From: Octopus sinensis
Taxonomy: Eukaryota
DNA length: 64,000 nt
Direction: 5' to 3'
NCBI RefSeq assembly: GCF_006345805.1
Contig: NC_043005.1
Coordinates: forward strand, 56,234,001 to 56,298,000
Under the pieces are notes generated by a model that saw nothing but the letters and a program-made list of their open reading frames with translations, was not told where the DNA came from and made no database searches. Every line of letters begins with the position of its first letter. Position 1 is the stretch's first letter. Shown here piece by piece: positions 42,230-54,607 of this stretch. Position numbers and translations under genes: made by a program.

Positions 42230-42321
42230 AATATTTATCCCCACTTAAACATGGATGTTCTGTTACAACAAACTATTATCTGTTCGAACAAAGCATCCAT
42301 GTTTAAGTGGAGATAAATATT
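42230..42321. other. 92-nt near-perfect hairpin
   Basis: 35-bp arms 42230-42264 and 42287-42321 with 3 differences; 22-nt loop. Confidence 0.9.
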
Positions 42322-42650
42322 AGCTGCATTATATTTAATATTATTGTGATCCCTTGAGAGTTTATTTAAGATGTATGTATTATTTGTAGCTGTTGTTGTT
42401 GTTTCTTTCCTTGCAGGCTTTGTTACTTCCCTTCCCTTTGTTGAGTGTTCTTAGTTAATTCTGCTTTAATAGTAGATGTGTGAATCAGGAGATAATAATC
42501 AAATGTATAGGAGTAATCTATAAGACCATCATCTCAAATGTGTAAATATTAGATGTATGGATTAAACTTCTCTGTTTCCTTGTCACCCCTCTTTGGATAC
42601 TTCATCTTTTAACTCATGAGTGTCAAACTAGTTTGGCTTTACAAATCCAG

Positions 42651-42680
42651 AATGAAACAGAAATTAGATCTTGCAAACTG
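42651..42680 (+). CDS. Candidate symmetric 30-nt micro-exon: NETEIRSCKL
   Basis: ccag|AAT..CTG|gtaagt; strong donor, weak acceptor; phase 0-0, open frame, lies in the linker intron. No homology support. Confidence 0.45.
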
Positions 42681-43060
42681 GTAAGTGGATAGGCCACAAT
42701 TATTCCAGTGAAGGAAAATAAAACACAAAACTATTCATAATGTAGGCTGAGGTAAATGGATAATGGTTTCAGCATTCATTATAACAATGTTTTAAATAAT
42801 AAAGAAATAACAAAATATCAGGTGTTAGCTTAAATTTGTTAGCAGAAATCATCATTTTCCATGCTGGCATGGGTTAGACACTTTGACTGAAAACTGGTAA
42901 GCTGGGGACCTGCACCAGGTTCCAATCTGATTTGGCCTGTTTCTATGGCTGGTTACCCTTCCTAATGCCAACCACTCCAAGAGTATAGTGGGTACATTTT
43001 ACATGCCAACAGCACAGGTGCCATTAACATGGCACTGTCATTGGCCATGACTAAGATCTC

Positions 43061-43122
<62 letters not shown>

Positions 43123-43516
43123 CAGTCATCTCTAACAAGCACAGTTGTAAGATAATCTGATGACCTAATATCCTGTGTAGAATCGATTGGTAAGATCAGC
43201 TTTAATGAATCTATAATACTGTATACTTTGATGAATATAAATATATAAGATAGTGTCTCAGCATGGCTGCAGTCTAATGACTGAAACAAGTAAAAAGTAT
43301 ATACACACACATGCTTACATATCTAAAACAGGCTTCTCCACAGTTTCCACCTCAGTAACAAGAAACCTATGTCGTTTTTAGATATTTAACTTGCTAAATA
43401 CTAGAAATATCAGCTAAATCCTCTTAAATTTCACCCTACTACTTTACAAAGGGCTAGGAAGCATTAACCAATAGAGGGTTAGATATACAAAGGGGAAAAA
43501 AACAGCATAGTCATTG

Positions 43517-43766
43517 GTTCTATATTTAAGAGATGAGGAATTATGTACATTATTTACATTATTTACATTCGACAGATATTTGTCCTCATCTTGTTTGTTG
43601 TTAACACAACGTTTCAGCTGATACACCTTCCAGCCTTCTTCAGGTGTCTTGAGGAAATTTTGAACCTGGGTTCTCATTTGAGAAGAAGGCTGGAGGATAT
43701 ATCAACCGAAACGTTGTGTTAACAGCAAGCAAGATGAGGACAAATATCTATCAAATGTAAATAATG
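43517..43766. mobile_element. Penelope-like inverted pLTR fragment with hammerhead motif and 13-bp target-site duplication
   Basis: AGCATAGTCATTG at 43504-43516 and 43767-43779; ~85-bp inverted arms; minus strand GACAC-CTGAAGA-AGGCTG..CAGCT-GAAAC-GTT-GTGTT. Confidence 0.8.
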
Positions 43767-44666
43767 AGCATAGTCATTGCTTGAGCATCCTTGATCATGT
43801 GTCTTCTTGATCATTGCAGACCTGTACTTAACGTACTACAAGACAACAACAGCTAAATTTTACTCACAAAGTATCGGTCCATCTAGGACTAGAGTAAAAG
43901 ATACTTGTAACGTAGGTGTGACATGGTGATATCAAACATAGAACAACGTGGGTATGAAACAAACTTCATAATCACATCACTACAGCTGTGTCCATTTGAT
44001 TCTTGCATCCAGCTGAAAATCCTTGAAAATCTATATAAGAACTCCCTCAAATAATTCATGTTTCAAAGATAGATTTTTTTTTTCATTATTGTTTTACTTG
44101 TATTATTTTATTTATTTATCTTGTGATAAATCAAATCAAGCTTGTTGAAGTGGCTTCCTTGAAGTTCCCTCTCTGGTTTGCGATATGATACCTTAGTTCT
44201 TGTGGTTTGGCAATTTTTCATTATGATTTAATCCTTCAGCAACAGGAATACAATCTCTGAACCAATAGTCAGTTTTTAATTAAATTGATACTTTCTCACC
44301 TGTTTGTTCTCCTTCTGCCTTCTCTGTATAATCTCTCCTTTTTCTCCTTGTCATTCATTCACTCTCTCTCTCTCTTTCTCTCTCTCTCAAACACCTGCTC
44401 TGTCTCCAGGAAGTTAGAAAGGAATTCTTTACCTCATTCAGAGTGAAAGCCTTGCACCAATATAAATGCTTGACTCTTCAGTTCATCTTATTCCATTCAT
44501 TGTTGTAATTTATCATGATGATAATGATGACAATAAGAATTATAATAATGATGATGAAGATGCTGCTGAAAATAATGAATGTGATGATGAGGAGGATTGT
44601 AATGATGTTGACGATGATTATATTGACAAAGATAATGATGACTATGGGGTTAATAATAATAATAAT

Positions 44667-44762
<96 letters not shown>

Positions 44763-44938
44763 CATATATAAGGATTATAATGATGAGTCTGACAAATGAT
44801 GTTGATAATGTCAGTTCACCGAACATCAGTGCGTTTGTATGTGGTTGTTGTTGTTGTTTTACCTTGTGGAAATTTATTTGCTGATTCAACCTCATTTGCA
44901 CATCAACAATTTTTCCTTTTTCTCTGCTTCTTCTTCAG

Positions 44939-45048
44939 CGCAACACATCAGGTTGGTTACAACTCGAAAAGCAATGGGTTAACATGACATCCATTCCACT
45001 CCTTTATGCTTACATAACACGATATATGGCAGGAACTGACAAACTTCG
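44939..45048 (+). CDS. SNTG1: Gamma-syntrophin exon, split PH1 second half: RNTSGWLQLEKQWVNMTSIPLLYAYITRYMAGTDKLR
   Basis: Long pyrimidine tract + cag; donor CG|gtaagt; EKxW..IPL..GTDKLR pattern of gamma-syntrophins. Confidence 0.93.
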
Positions 45049-45719
45049 GTAAGTGTGTTTACTTGTGCCATCTCTTATTCAGAAACATTGAACCCAACTT
45101 TGGTTGGTAGACTTAATCTGTCAATACATACATACATCAACAGCTGCTTTTGTGGGTGCCTTTATCAGAATCCACACTGTTTCAAGCATACAACCTGTGT
45201 CTCTATTTTGTGGATATCTTCTTCCTTATTTCCCAGAAACCAGAAACATCTACTTACAACAGCAAATTGGCTTAATTTTGCTTTTATACCACCACCAACA
45301 TTATCATCCTTCCATTTTCCATGCTGGCAAGGATTGGATGGTTTGATAAGAGTTGGCTAGCCAGATTGCCACACCAGGCTTCAGTTGTCTGTTTTGGTTT
45401 GGTTTCTTCAGCTGGATAACTTTCCTCACAACGACTTCACAGTGTGTACTGGGTGTTTTTTACATGGCACCAGCAAGGGTGCTTTTTACATGGGACCTGG
45501 ACAGGTGCTTTCGATGTGACACCAGCATGGGTGATTTTTACCTGGCATGGCATGGGTGCTTTTCACATAGCACTGGCACAGGTATAAGAAATAAGACAAT
45601 AAGAAAATAAGAAATCCCCATTAGTGTTGTTTGTTTAAAAAATGTTTTCAGCGTGACTTCAGTGATACTAAAAATTCTATAAACAATTTCTAATGCCTAG
45701 TCACTTTTCACCCACCCTG

Positions 45720-45938
<219 letters not shown>

Positions 45939-46852
45939 ACACATACATACATACATACATACATACACACAAAGGTTTTCTTTCAGTTTCTGTTTACCAA
46001 ATCCACTCACAAGACTTTCATTAGCCCAAGGCTATAGCAGAAGGTACTTGCTCAATGTGGCATGCAGTGGCATTCTTTTAACCCATATGTATTTTTCAAA
46101 AGCTTTAAAAGCACAAGGAAGTGCAATATATGAAATACACACACTCACACACACACTTCTTTTACTTTTCATCTACCAAATCCACTTGAAAGACTTTGGT
46201 TAGCTCAGAGCTATAGCTAAAGGTACTTGCCCAAAACCACATGGTTCGGGGGCAAACTTTATAACTGGACAACTATGCCTGCTTCTTGTTAGAAACAGTT
46301 ATTTATACCATCAAGAAAAATACAGCAAATTTCAAAATTATCATTAGTTATTTACTTTCGAACTTCACATGTTTTGAAATAACATAAACAACTGTCTCCT
46401 CTTTTATCCATACAATCTTCTCTTATTTTCACAGAATCTTATTTTTCCCTTCTAGAATATTAACCCTTATCAAAAATAGGAAGACATCAATCACCCTAAT
46501 GAGAAAGCCATCATGATACTTCATCGTTTCATTATCATTTAACGGCTGTTTTCCAGCCTGGCATGGGTTGGACTCCATTAAATTAAAATGGAAGTTATTT
46601 CCTAAAATGTGACATGTTGTTTATTAGGTTCATACTTTACCCCAAGAGGGCTTTTTACTACAATCTCATTCTAGGGTAAGACTAAATGTGTAGAAATTCT
46701 TAAATACTATTAATTTTTACCTCACTATATTTATAATATTTCTGTTTAACCTATGCTAATCAAGTTTACATCATTTCATTTATTTACTCATTTGATGTCT
46801 GTTCTTTCATTGCTAGCATAGATTGGAAAGGTACTTATTTGATGCAGGATTT

Positions 46853-47268
46853 GGATCTTTTCGGTTTGAACGGGAGTATTTTCTAGCGGTGTCATATGAA
46901 ATTGTTACCCATAATTATGACCCTAGAATTGACCTATTGCCTTTCAATCTCTTTTAGGGTTAGGGTTAGGGGTGGGGGAAGGGTTTCTTTTTTTCTTCAC
47001 AAATGTAAATAAACCCAATCTGTTTCTTAAACGAGGGACATATTCATATGGCACAGAATGCTTTTTAACTCAACAGACATCACTGAGTGGTTGAAATGGC
47101 AGAAATTGAAGAAAAAAAATAACAAATACCTTACAAACTATAGAATTTTCTCAATAAAGCCAAGAGAAAAAGTTGTTTTATAAACACATTCTACCTGTAT
47201 ACGAAGTTTAAAATTTTTTAGTTACCTAGAAATTATGTTAAAAACTGCCATTCAAACCAAAAAGATCC
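46853..47268. mobile_element. MITE with ~24-bp TIRs, 8-bp TSD and internal (TTAGGG)3
   Basis: GGATCTTTTCGGTTTGAACGG / CCATTCAAACCAAAAAGATCC; flanks CAGGATTT and CAGGATAT. Confidence 0.82.
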
Positions 47269-47782
47269 CAGGATATTAATGACCATATGCTCTTTCCATT
47301 GCCAACCCTTACCTGTTTTTTTTTTTTATTTTATTCTTTGGGTTTTTTTTAAAGCACTCATGATAGGCTTCAATACAGTTTCTCTCTACTGAATCCACAC
47401 ACATAAAGCATTGGTTGGAAGGGCTGCAGAAGATATTTGGTCTAAGTACTTTGCAGTGGAACTGAACCCAAAACCATGTGGTAGTACAATGAAATCTCTT
47501 AACCACATGACGATTCCTGTACCTATTGAATCTGTTAAAACATAAAAATTTCCCTTTCTTCAGTTTTAGAATTTAGAGAAACCACAAGCTACTAAAAATA
47601 ATACCATATTCTAGTCAAATTCATGGGAAATTTTATTACAAGTTTACTTATAGAACTTGACTTTGATGAATGAGTAACTTCTTTCTTTTTTTTTTCAAAA
47701 ATGTCTTGTACAATCATTGTGTTTCTTTGTTTTCAAATTGTTGGTGGACTTTAAGTAATTTTGTGATTTCCATTTTATTTAG

Positions 47783-47912
47783 ACCTAATGCATTTGAGGT
47801 TGTTGGAGTCGATGGTGTAACTTCTGGTGTGGTAGTATGTGAAGACACAAGAGCCTTAGCAGAATGGATTCAATGCATATCTGAAGGAATTAATCACCAA
47901 TTTCGAAATTTA
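47783..47912 (+). CDS. SNTG1: Gamma-syntrophin exon: PNAFEVVGVDGVTSGVVVCEDTRALAEWIQCISEGINHQFRNL
   Basis: Acceptor ttttatttag, donor TTA|gtaaga; phase 2 start matches; NAFEV..DG..SG and the PH C-terminal Trp helix. Confidence 0.95.
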
Positions 47913-48597
47913 GTAAGAAAACCTTTTACTGTTTTACAGATTCACAACCTGAAGTAATTAATTTGATGAACTAAAATTAAAAACTTAACCCCAATGAATC
48001 AGTGTAAGGGTCTTGATGCAACACAAGACACCCTTAAATCACACTCTACTTTCTTAAAAATAAAAGGACACATTAAATAATGTATTCCCATTTATATTGA
48101 AAAAAAGAATAGATATCTATGATTGAAATTGCTTTTATCATAGGTCTGCTAGATCAAAACTGACCTAAACAACAACTTAACTTCAAAGGGAATACATAAA
48201 TTTAGTATCTTTTAAAGTATATTTGATTTTTTTCTAAATTTGATGAAGCATGGAAAAATGTATTATATAAGCCATTCTAGTGTGAAAAAGACAGATATAA
48301 AAAAAAAATATATAAATTGGAAGGTTGATGATGATGGTGATACTGAAGAGGTTAAATGTACTTTTATATTCTATATAATAATGGAAATTGAAAGTTCTGC
48401 AAATAATTCATTGATTTAGCAATGATGAAATATTCAATACATTGATTATTCCATCATCTTCTTAATATGTGTTCACCTTCACTGAGTGCATTCTTTTGTT
48501 AAGTCATATCTTTAAGACTTAAAGTTTTTATCTTATTCCTCAGCATCAGCATCTTTTTTTATCTTTTATTTTCTCCCTATCTTCACAATATTTTCAG

Positions 48598-48636
48598 ATT
48601 TCCAAATGGAACAAAATGTTAATTCCAGAGGAACAG
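48598..48636 (+). CDS. SNTG1: Gamma-syntrophin 39-nt exon: ISKWNKMLIPEEQ
   Basis: Acceptor ttttcag, donor CAG|gtgagt; phase 0-0; fits the PH1-PH2 linker. Confidence 0.88.
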
Positions 48637-49920
48637 GTGAGTTTTTTTGTTTTTTGTTTTTTTTTTAATGGCTGTTACCGAAAGCTATGGACAGGGAGAA
48701 TATTTGCCACCTAGATTGAGGCTAGTTTATTTGAAAATTTCTTATTCATTTAGTTCTTAACTGAAACTTATTTCACAACTTTGTAGAAAAATAGAAGTGA
48801 TTACATTTTCACTTTTTAGAAAGCACTCCAATAAAAAAAAAAATTATATTCCAAACAACTTGGTTTCAATCCTAATTGAAGCCATTTTACTTTATTTGTC
48901 TTGCTAATGCTTTTGAGAAAAGTATATGAATGTTGCAAATTTACTTTTCCCTCTACTGTATAAATATGATGCCTTCTGGCTGTGCATGAAATCAATTTTA
49001 CAAGGGGACCATTGTATAAGTGTATTGTTTTGTTGAAATATGTATATTGATTATGTGAATGTTAAGATAATGGTCATTTGCAGAATTCAATGGCTGACCC
49101 TGTTTAGTTTTGTGCTCTAAACAACCTCTTGGGCTTCTATACATTGTACACATTATGAACCATCAATGCTGTGTTCATTGTCTTTTTTTTTTTTACATTA
49201 ATCTATTTGAAAAGCGGATTAGTAAAGTAAAAGTTATTTTTAAAACCTGTTACATTTCTTATTAATCACTAACTCTTGATTTAGCAAATATTAAGTGAAA
49301 ATATTTAATCATATTTCATTGTTCCTGTCAATGTGTTTCTAAGTTCTGACCCAAGGTTATCAGAGTACATATATTCATTTAGTGCTTACAGTATAGCTGT
49401 TTCCAACCTAAATTTTTTCTGCTTATTATGTTATTGGATTTTGCTTCTATGTTTGGTATTTCATTTCTAATTCTTTAGTAGATTCAACTTAGAGGACTAA
49501 GCCATCTCAATACAAAAGTTTCCATGCACACTTCACTTCACTGTTGTGGCCTGGGAAACTAAAGTTAATATGAACTAACCTCTGTGGGACACTTGGCAGC
49601 TGGCTAAATTCTTTGCTGAACTGATTGTTAACTCATAATTTTGCTTACAGCATTTCTGTACATAGTTTGCATGTGGCTCTAACAAACCATTCATCTACTC
49701 CTAGATTTTTTCCTTTTGTTAGCAACCATTGTACACTAAAGCATGGTACCTGTTGGAGGTCTACTCTAGATCAACAAATACTAAATAGCATGGCCTAATT
49801 TTTGATAAGAACTTCTCTTGTAGTTGCCTCACCAGAACAAGAACACCAGTGGTACCCTATCTAGATGCAAACCCAGAATGTATCTCATCTAAGCTAATTT
49901 TCTTCCTAATTAACTGTTTC

Positions 49921-50534
49921 TTATTTTTTTATTGCCCACAAGGAGCTAAACATAGAGGAGACAAACAAGGACAGACAAAGCGATTAAGTCGATTAGGTCA
50001 ACCCCAGTGTGTAACTGGTACTTAATTTATCAACCCCAAAAGGATGAAAGGCAAAGTCGACCTCGGCGGAATTTGAACTCAGAACTTAACAGCAGATGAA
50101 ATACCTTTTTCTTTACTACCCACAAGGGGCTAAACACAGAGAGGACAAACAAGGACAGACAAACGGATTAAGTCGATTACATCGACCCCAGTGCATAACT
50201 GGTATTTAATTAATCGACCCCGAAAGGATGAAAGGTAAAGTCGACCTCGGTGGAATTTGAACTCAGAACGTAATGGCAGATGAAATACCGCTAAGCATTT
50301 CACCCAGCATGCTAATGTTTCTTATTTCTTTATTGCCCACAAGGGGCTAAACATAGAGGGGAGAAACAAGGACAGGCAAAGGGATTAAGTCGATTAGATC
50401 AACCCCAGTGCATAACTGGTACTTAAAAAGGATGAAAGGCAAAGTCGACCTCAGTGGAATTTGAACTCAGAACGTAATGGCAAACGAAATACCTCTAAGC
50501 ATTTTGCCCAGCGTGCTAACATTTCTGCCAGCAC
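49921..50534 (-). mobile_element. Three nested or tandem SINE B copies (alternative 3' tail) within one 12-bp TSD
   Basis: ATTAACTGTTTC at 49909-49920 and 50535-50546. Other B copies: ~2900-3320(-), 10826-10945(+), 15955-16465(-), 22507-22717(-), 26401-26820(+), 28060-28268(+). Confidence 0.85.
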
Positions 50535-50749
50535 ATTAACTGTTTCCTGTAACATTATTTGTTGCTTTCATAACTTGGTCCACAAAATGTATTTAAGTAA
50601 ACCTCATAAAGACAGAATCTTTAGCAGGAAAGAGCACATGGCTTTATTGCCATCAGGGACATAATCATGCTCAATATACAGCAGAGATGTAAGCCAGAAC
50701 TCTGTAATACATTTCCATTATAAACAATATATATATATATATATAAGAG

Positions 50750-51410
50750 TTTCACTGGAATTACTGACAGGCTGTTGGAATTTTGTGTGTAACAAATGCA
50801 CAGAAGTTGTTTGTAGTAAAAGTATCCAGGAAATAAATTGCAAATTCTCAGCTGACTCCTTGGAAGAAAATGCTAGTTTCTGTTACCTAAGTGACCTAGT
50901 CAGCAGTGCAAGAAGCTCTTTCAAAGGCATAGTGACTAGCATGAGAACAAGGAGGGAAAAGTTCAGAGAGTTTTTACTGGTACTGACAACAGAGGGATTC
51001 GGGTTTTCTCTCTCAGTGAAGACTGAATTATATAATGTTTGTGTATTAAAATGTGATGTTCAGGATAGTGAAGCATAGACTGTGAAAGCTGGAAAGTCAT
51101 GAGCATACTCTGATGGATATGTATTGCTAATGTGGATGAATGATAGTGTAGGTGAGCTGAGAGAAAAACTGGGTATAACTACAATTTGCAGTTAGAGTGC
51201 AAGTCAGAAGACTGCACTGGTGCAAACATGTGATGCACATGAATGACAGTTATGTAAAGAGAAGGACCTGCAGCAGAAGAAGAGGAAGAAGCTCGAGAAA
51301 GACATGGGAAGAAGTGGTGAAAGCTGATCTCAGGAGGTTGAACTTCACAAAGGAAATAACTAAGAACCATTTGCAACATGTGGCGAGATGCTTGAAGAAA
51401 ACCCATCCAA
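50750..51410 (+). mobile_element. Decayed RTE LINE C-terminal region
   Basis: SFCYLSD..KFREFL..HVMHMND..RGRSSRKTWEEVVKADL. Confidence 0.8.
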
Positions 51411-51646
51411 TCAATTTAAAACTGATGGAAGCGTGATAGAAGTCATGGTACTTTTTGGGTTTACCATCAGAGTTCAATATAAATTTTAGCATCAATTATA
51501 TAAATTTAAAGAGTAGAGGGGCCTAAGCAAAGTGTAGGGACTTCAACAACTCATTCTCCTAAAACATAGCTAAATAACTGCTGCATATTTTTGAGTTCTG
51601 AAGTATACTATATTTTTGCTTCTTGTTTTTTATCATTAATTTGCAG

Positions 51647-51763
51647 ATATTCCATGTTTGTTGGTGTTTTGAAAAAGTTCAGGTCAACCGACAATGCCAA
51701 GCTTGGAGAGCAAAATTTCTTGCATTAAAAGGAAGTGAAATATTCTTGTTTGATACTCCTCCT
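51647..51763 (+). CDS. SNTG1: Gamma-syntrophin exon, PH2 start: IFHVCWCFEKVQVNRQCQAWRAKFLALKGSEIFLFDTPP
   Basis: Acceptor ttgcag, donor CCT|gtaagt; 117 nt; FLALKG..PP motif. Confidence 0.95.
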
Positions 51764-52931
51764 GTAAGTTTTGATACAACTTTTTTGCTTTCAGTATAGA
51801 ACTATTACCAATATTTCTTGCCGTATATACATTTTCTGTTCATTGTTATTTCATTAAAGTATAATTTCTTTCATGTCCTGTCTACGTCTGAGCACCAATG
51901 GACTTATTGCTTGCATCTCCATCTAGATTAGAACAACAGTATATAGTTATGTACCCCTTACATTACCATTTACATAAAAGTACCTGTAGTTGTGAATCCC
52001 TTAATTTCATGTACAATAGATCATATGTAATTCTGTACTGCTTAGATTGCCATCTACAGAACATGACCTGAGCACTGTGAAGCTTTAACTTGCAAAATAA
52101 TCTTCTGTTGTTGTTTAACTCCAGGTTAGTCTTCATCAAGTAGATCTAAAAGCAAAAGCATTCCAGCCACAAACATCTCATCTTTTTTTTTTTTTATCAT
52201 TGTCTTGAACTACATTGTTTACAATGTGCCTTTCCACTTACTTTTGAAGAAAGAAGGGTGGGATGTACTGAAGATTTGGCTGCTATTTTTAACAATCCGA
52301 GCAATGTTATAAAGGCCCTCACCTCTTCCACCTCATTATCATCATGTTTTTTTATCTGTTTTACCATGCTGTCATGGGTTGGATGAGTTTCACAGTATTT
52401 CATCCTTGGTTAGAGTCCTTTATAATCTGGCACACTCAGTAACAGAGAAAAACCACTTGTCTTTGTTGTTGTGTATCTTATGTTATCTTTTGTTTGATTT
52501 TTTTATGGCTTTTATGGCTGATTGCTCTTCCTAACACCAACCACTTTATAGCATGATCTGGGTGCTTGTCATGCCACCAGCACTAGAAAGGTTGGCTCTT
52601 AAAATTCCCTGTTGACAATTGGGGTTTCACACCTAAGCTCCTCCTGAGCTAACTTATTTTATGGCCTCACCTGAAAGTTACCTAACCCATATCATATCAT
52701 GTTATACTAGATTCAGTGCCTGTTTTCTTTAATTGCCTAGTTCTACAGCAGTACATCAGACAACAAATGACATTAGCCATATTGCTTAATACGTTTGTTA
52801 GATAAAAAAATATCCTTCAGCTATATTTGCTCATCAAAGACATTGCTTCAAGTAACAGTCATTTATTTCTTGTGATATATTATACAGACACAAAGAATAT
52901 GACATCATTAGCAAAAAAAAAGTAAATACTG

Positions 52932-52963
<32 letters not shown>

Positions 52964-53504
52964 TCAAAAGAAACCTCAAATTCCTGATTGCTTCATTTTT
53001 CTTTCTGTCGTTTTCTTTTATTTTCGAAATGTTGTTATTGGAGTTGTGTGAAAAGGTTTATGATATACTTTTATGTTTCATGTTATTTTCTTAATATAAA
53101 TATTTTGACATAAAACTTGGATGTGTTTAAACAGTGCAATTTTATTTTCTCATTAAAAAAAAATCACTAAAAAGCTTTAAAGATATTTCTAGTTAGTTGG
53201 GTTTGTGTAACTAAAACAAAAGAAGTAATACAAAAATACAAAAACAAAGATGTTAATGATGAAGAAAATAAAAAGGTAATAAAAGTATATTTATGATTAA
53301 GAAAGACTCCTTAAAATCTAGAACAGAAACAAATTTTCAATCGTTAATGGTAACTAATTAGTGGTTGGTTATCTTCTTAATAAGTATCAACACATTTATG
53401 TAGACATCATAATTATCTTTAATTACACCAGCTTCATCATCATCATCACCACCACCCCATCATCATCTTCATTTTAATAATTCAGTTAAGGAACTTCCAG
53501 GAGG

Positions 53505-53685
53505 TTGTTCAAACTATTTGAAATAGCAACCAGATTCCCCTCAGATAACACCTTATATTCTTTTTTAAGAAAAAACAGGATAGATTGAATAATGTAGTTC
53601 TAGTTATACTATGTCTAATAAAGACGAGATAATATCATAGCCAAAACACCTTTGATCATATGTCTGCTCAATCAGGACTGACTTG
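53505..53685 (+). repeat. Old interspersed repeat family E (AAC-rich tail in other copies)
   Basis: GAAATAGCA.CCA..TC.CCTCA.AT.ACACC..CCTTTGATCATA.GTCTGCT; related copies ~4835-5030, 5365-5525, 43390-43860, 48030-48175, 52105-52320(-). Confidence 0.6.
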
Positions 53686-53699
53686 AAAGTTGTCTATCT

Positions 53700-54360
53700 A
53701 TTTTTCTTTCTTTCTTTCCTTTGTTTCTTTTTTCTTCTTTCCTTCTTTTTTCCTTTCTTTCCTTCCTTCTTTCTTTTCTTTCTTTTTCTCCTTCATTCTT
53801 TCTTTCCTTCCTTCTTTCTTTCCTTCCTTCCTTCTTTCTTTCCTTCCTTCCCAGATCAGTGCAACCTTTCCATGCCAGATATCTTGATCTCCCATAGCAG
53901 TCTTCGTATCCTCCACCTGATATCCTGCATCCCCCACAAGTTGATTAATATATGCTCTTCTTGGTTTGCCTATACCAGGATCTCCATGCATGGGTTTGCT
54001 GAGGAGGAATTCATTGGATATTTCATCCTTGCTCCTGCATAATGTGTTCTTCTTCCTCTGATTACCGAGGTGATGGTGGGAAAATTGCTATACAGTCACT
54101 GCTTCCTGGAGCATTCCTGCTAAGAAAAGTTGAGAAATGCACAAAGCATTCTTGTGTATGTACCATCAAGCTTCTTTACAAGTCTCTTGTTGAGTGTCCA
54201 GGCTGAAGAGCCATAGAGAAGCACTGACTCAAAGACTGCTTTGAAGAAACCCCTCTTCATGTTGTCAGTAAGCAGGGGACTTCCATATAATTCTAGGGAA
54301 TTCCATGCTTTTGCAAACCCTGCTTGGACATCCTTTTCTGCTGAAGCAATGTTACTTTCG
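53700..54360 (-). mobile_element. Second RTE-like LINE family 3' end with purine-rich (GAAA/GGAA)n tail
   Basis: Minus strand FFKAVFESVLLYGSSAWTL..KLDGTYTRML..GKPRRAYINQL; microsatellite at 53700-53850. Confidence 0.75.
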
Positions 54361-54384
54361 TGAAGCTAAACATCATCACTTTAA

Positions 54385-54607
54385 CCCTTTGATACCAGCC
54401 TGTCTGAAACCACCTCTGGCTCTGTAGTACAAATGTTTTGTTTTCAAAAGTTCTGAATTAAAATCTTCCACCAAACCTTAGTCACAATTTATGCTCCTAA
54501 CACTAGCGTAATGATAACCAAGTTATTTTACTAAATTCTTTGTTGTATTTAAAATTGATTGAAAGAAAATAAAAGAACATCTCAACAGAAATATGGTAAC
54601 AAAAGGG
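54385..54607. mobile_element. piggyBac-like MITE (TTAA TSD)
   Basis: TTAA-CCCTTTGATACC ... GGTAACAAAAGGG-TTAA. Confidence 0.78.

Noticed and set aside
44410-44442. Possible 33-nt exon EVRKEFFTSFR after a CT-rich tract
   Set aside because: Donor gtgaaa is poor and the pyrimidine tract is a (CT)n microsatellite.
44466-44799. Asp-rich ORF
   Set aside because: Degenerate (GAT/AAT)n microsatellite running into (TA)n, with no convincing splice sites.
46954-46971. Telomeric repeat as evidence of a chromosome end or fusion
   Set aside because: Only three units, located inside a TIR/TSD-bounded MITE.
53683-54042. Phe-rich and Lys/Glu-rich ORFs
   Set aside because: Microsatellite tail plus C-terminus of a decayed LINE.
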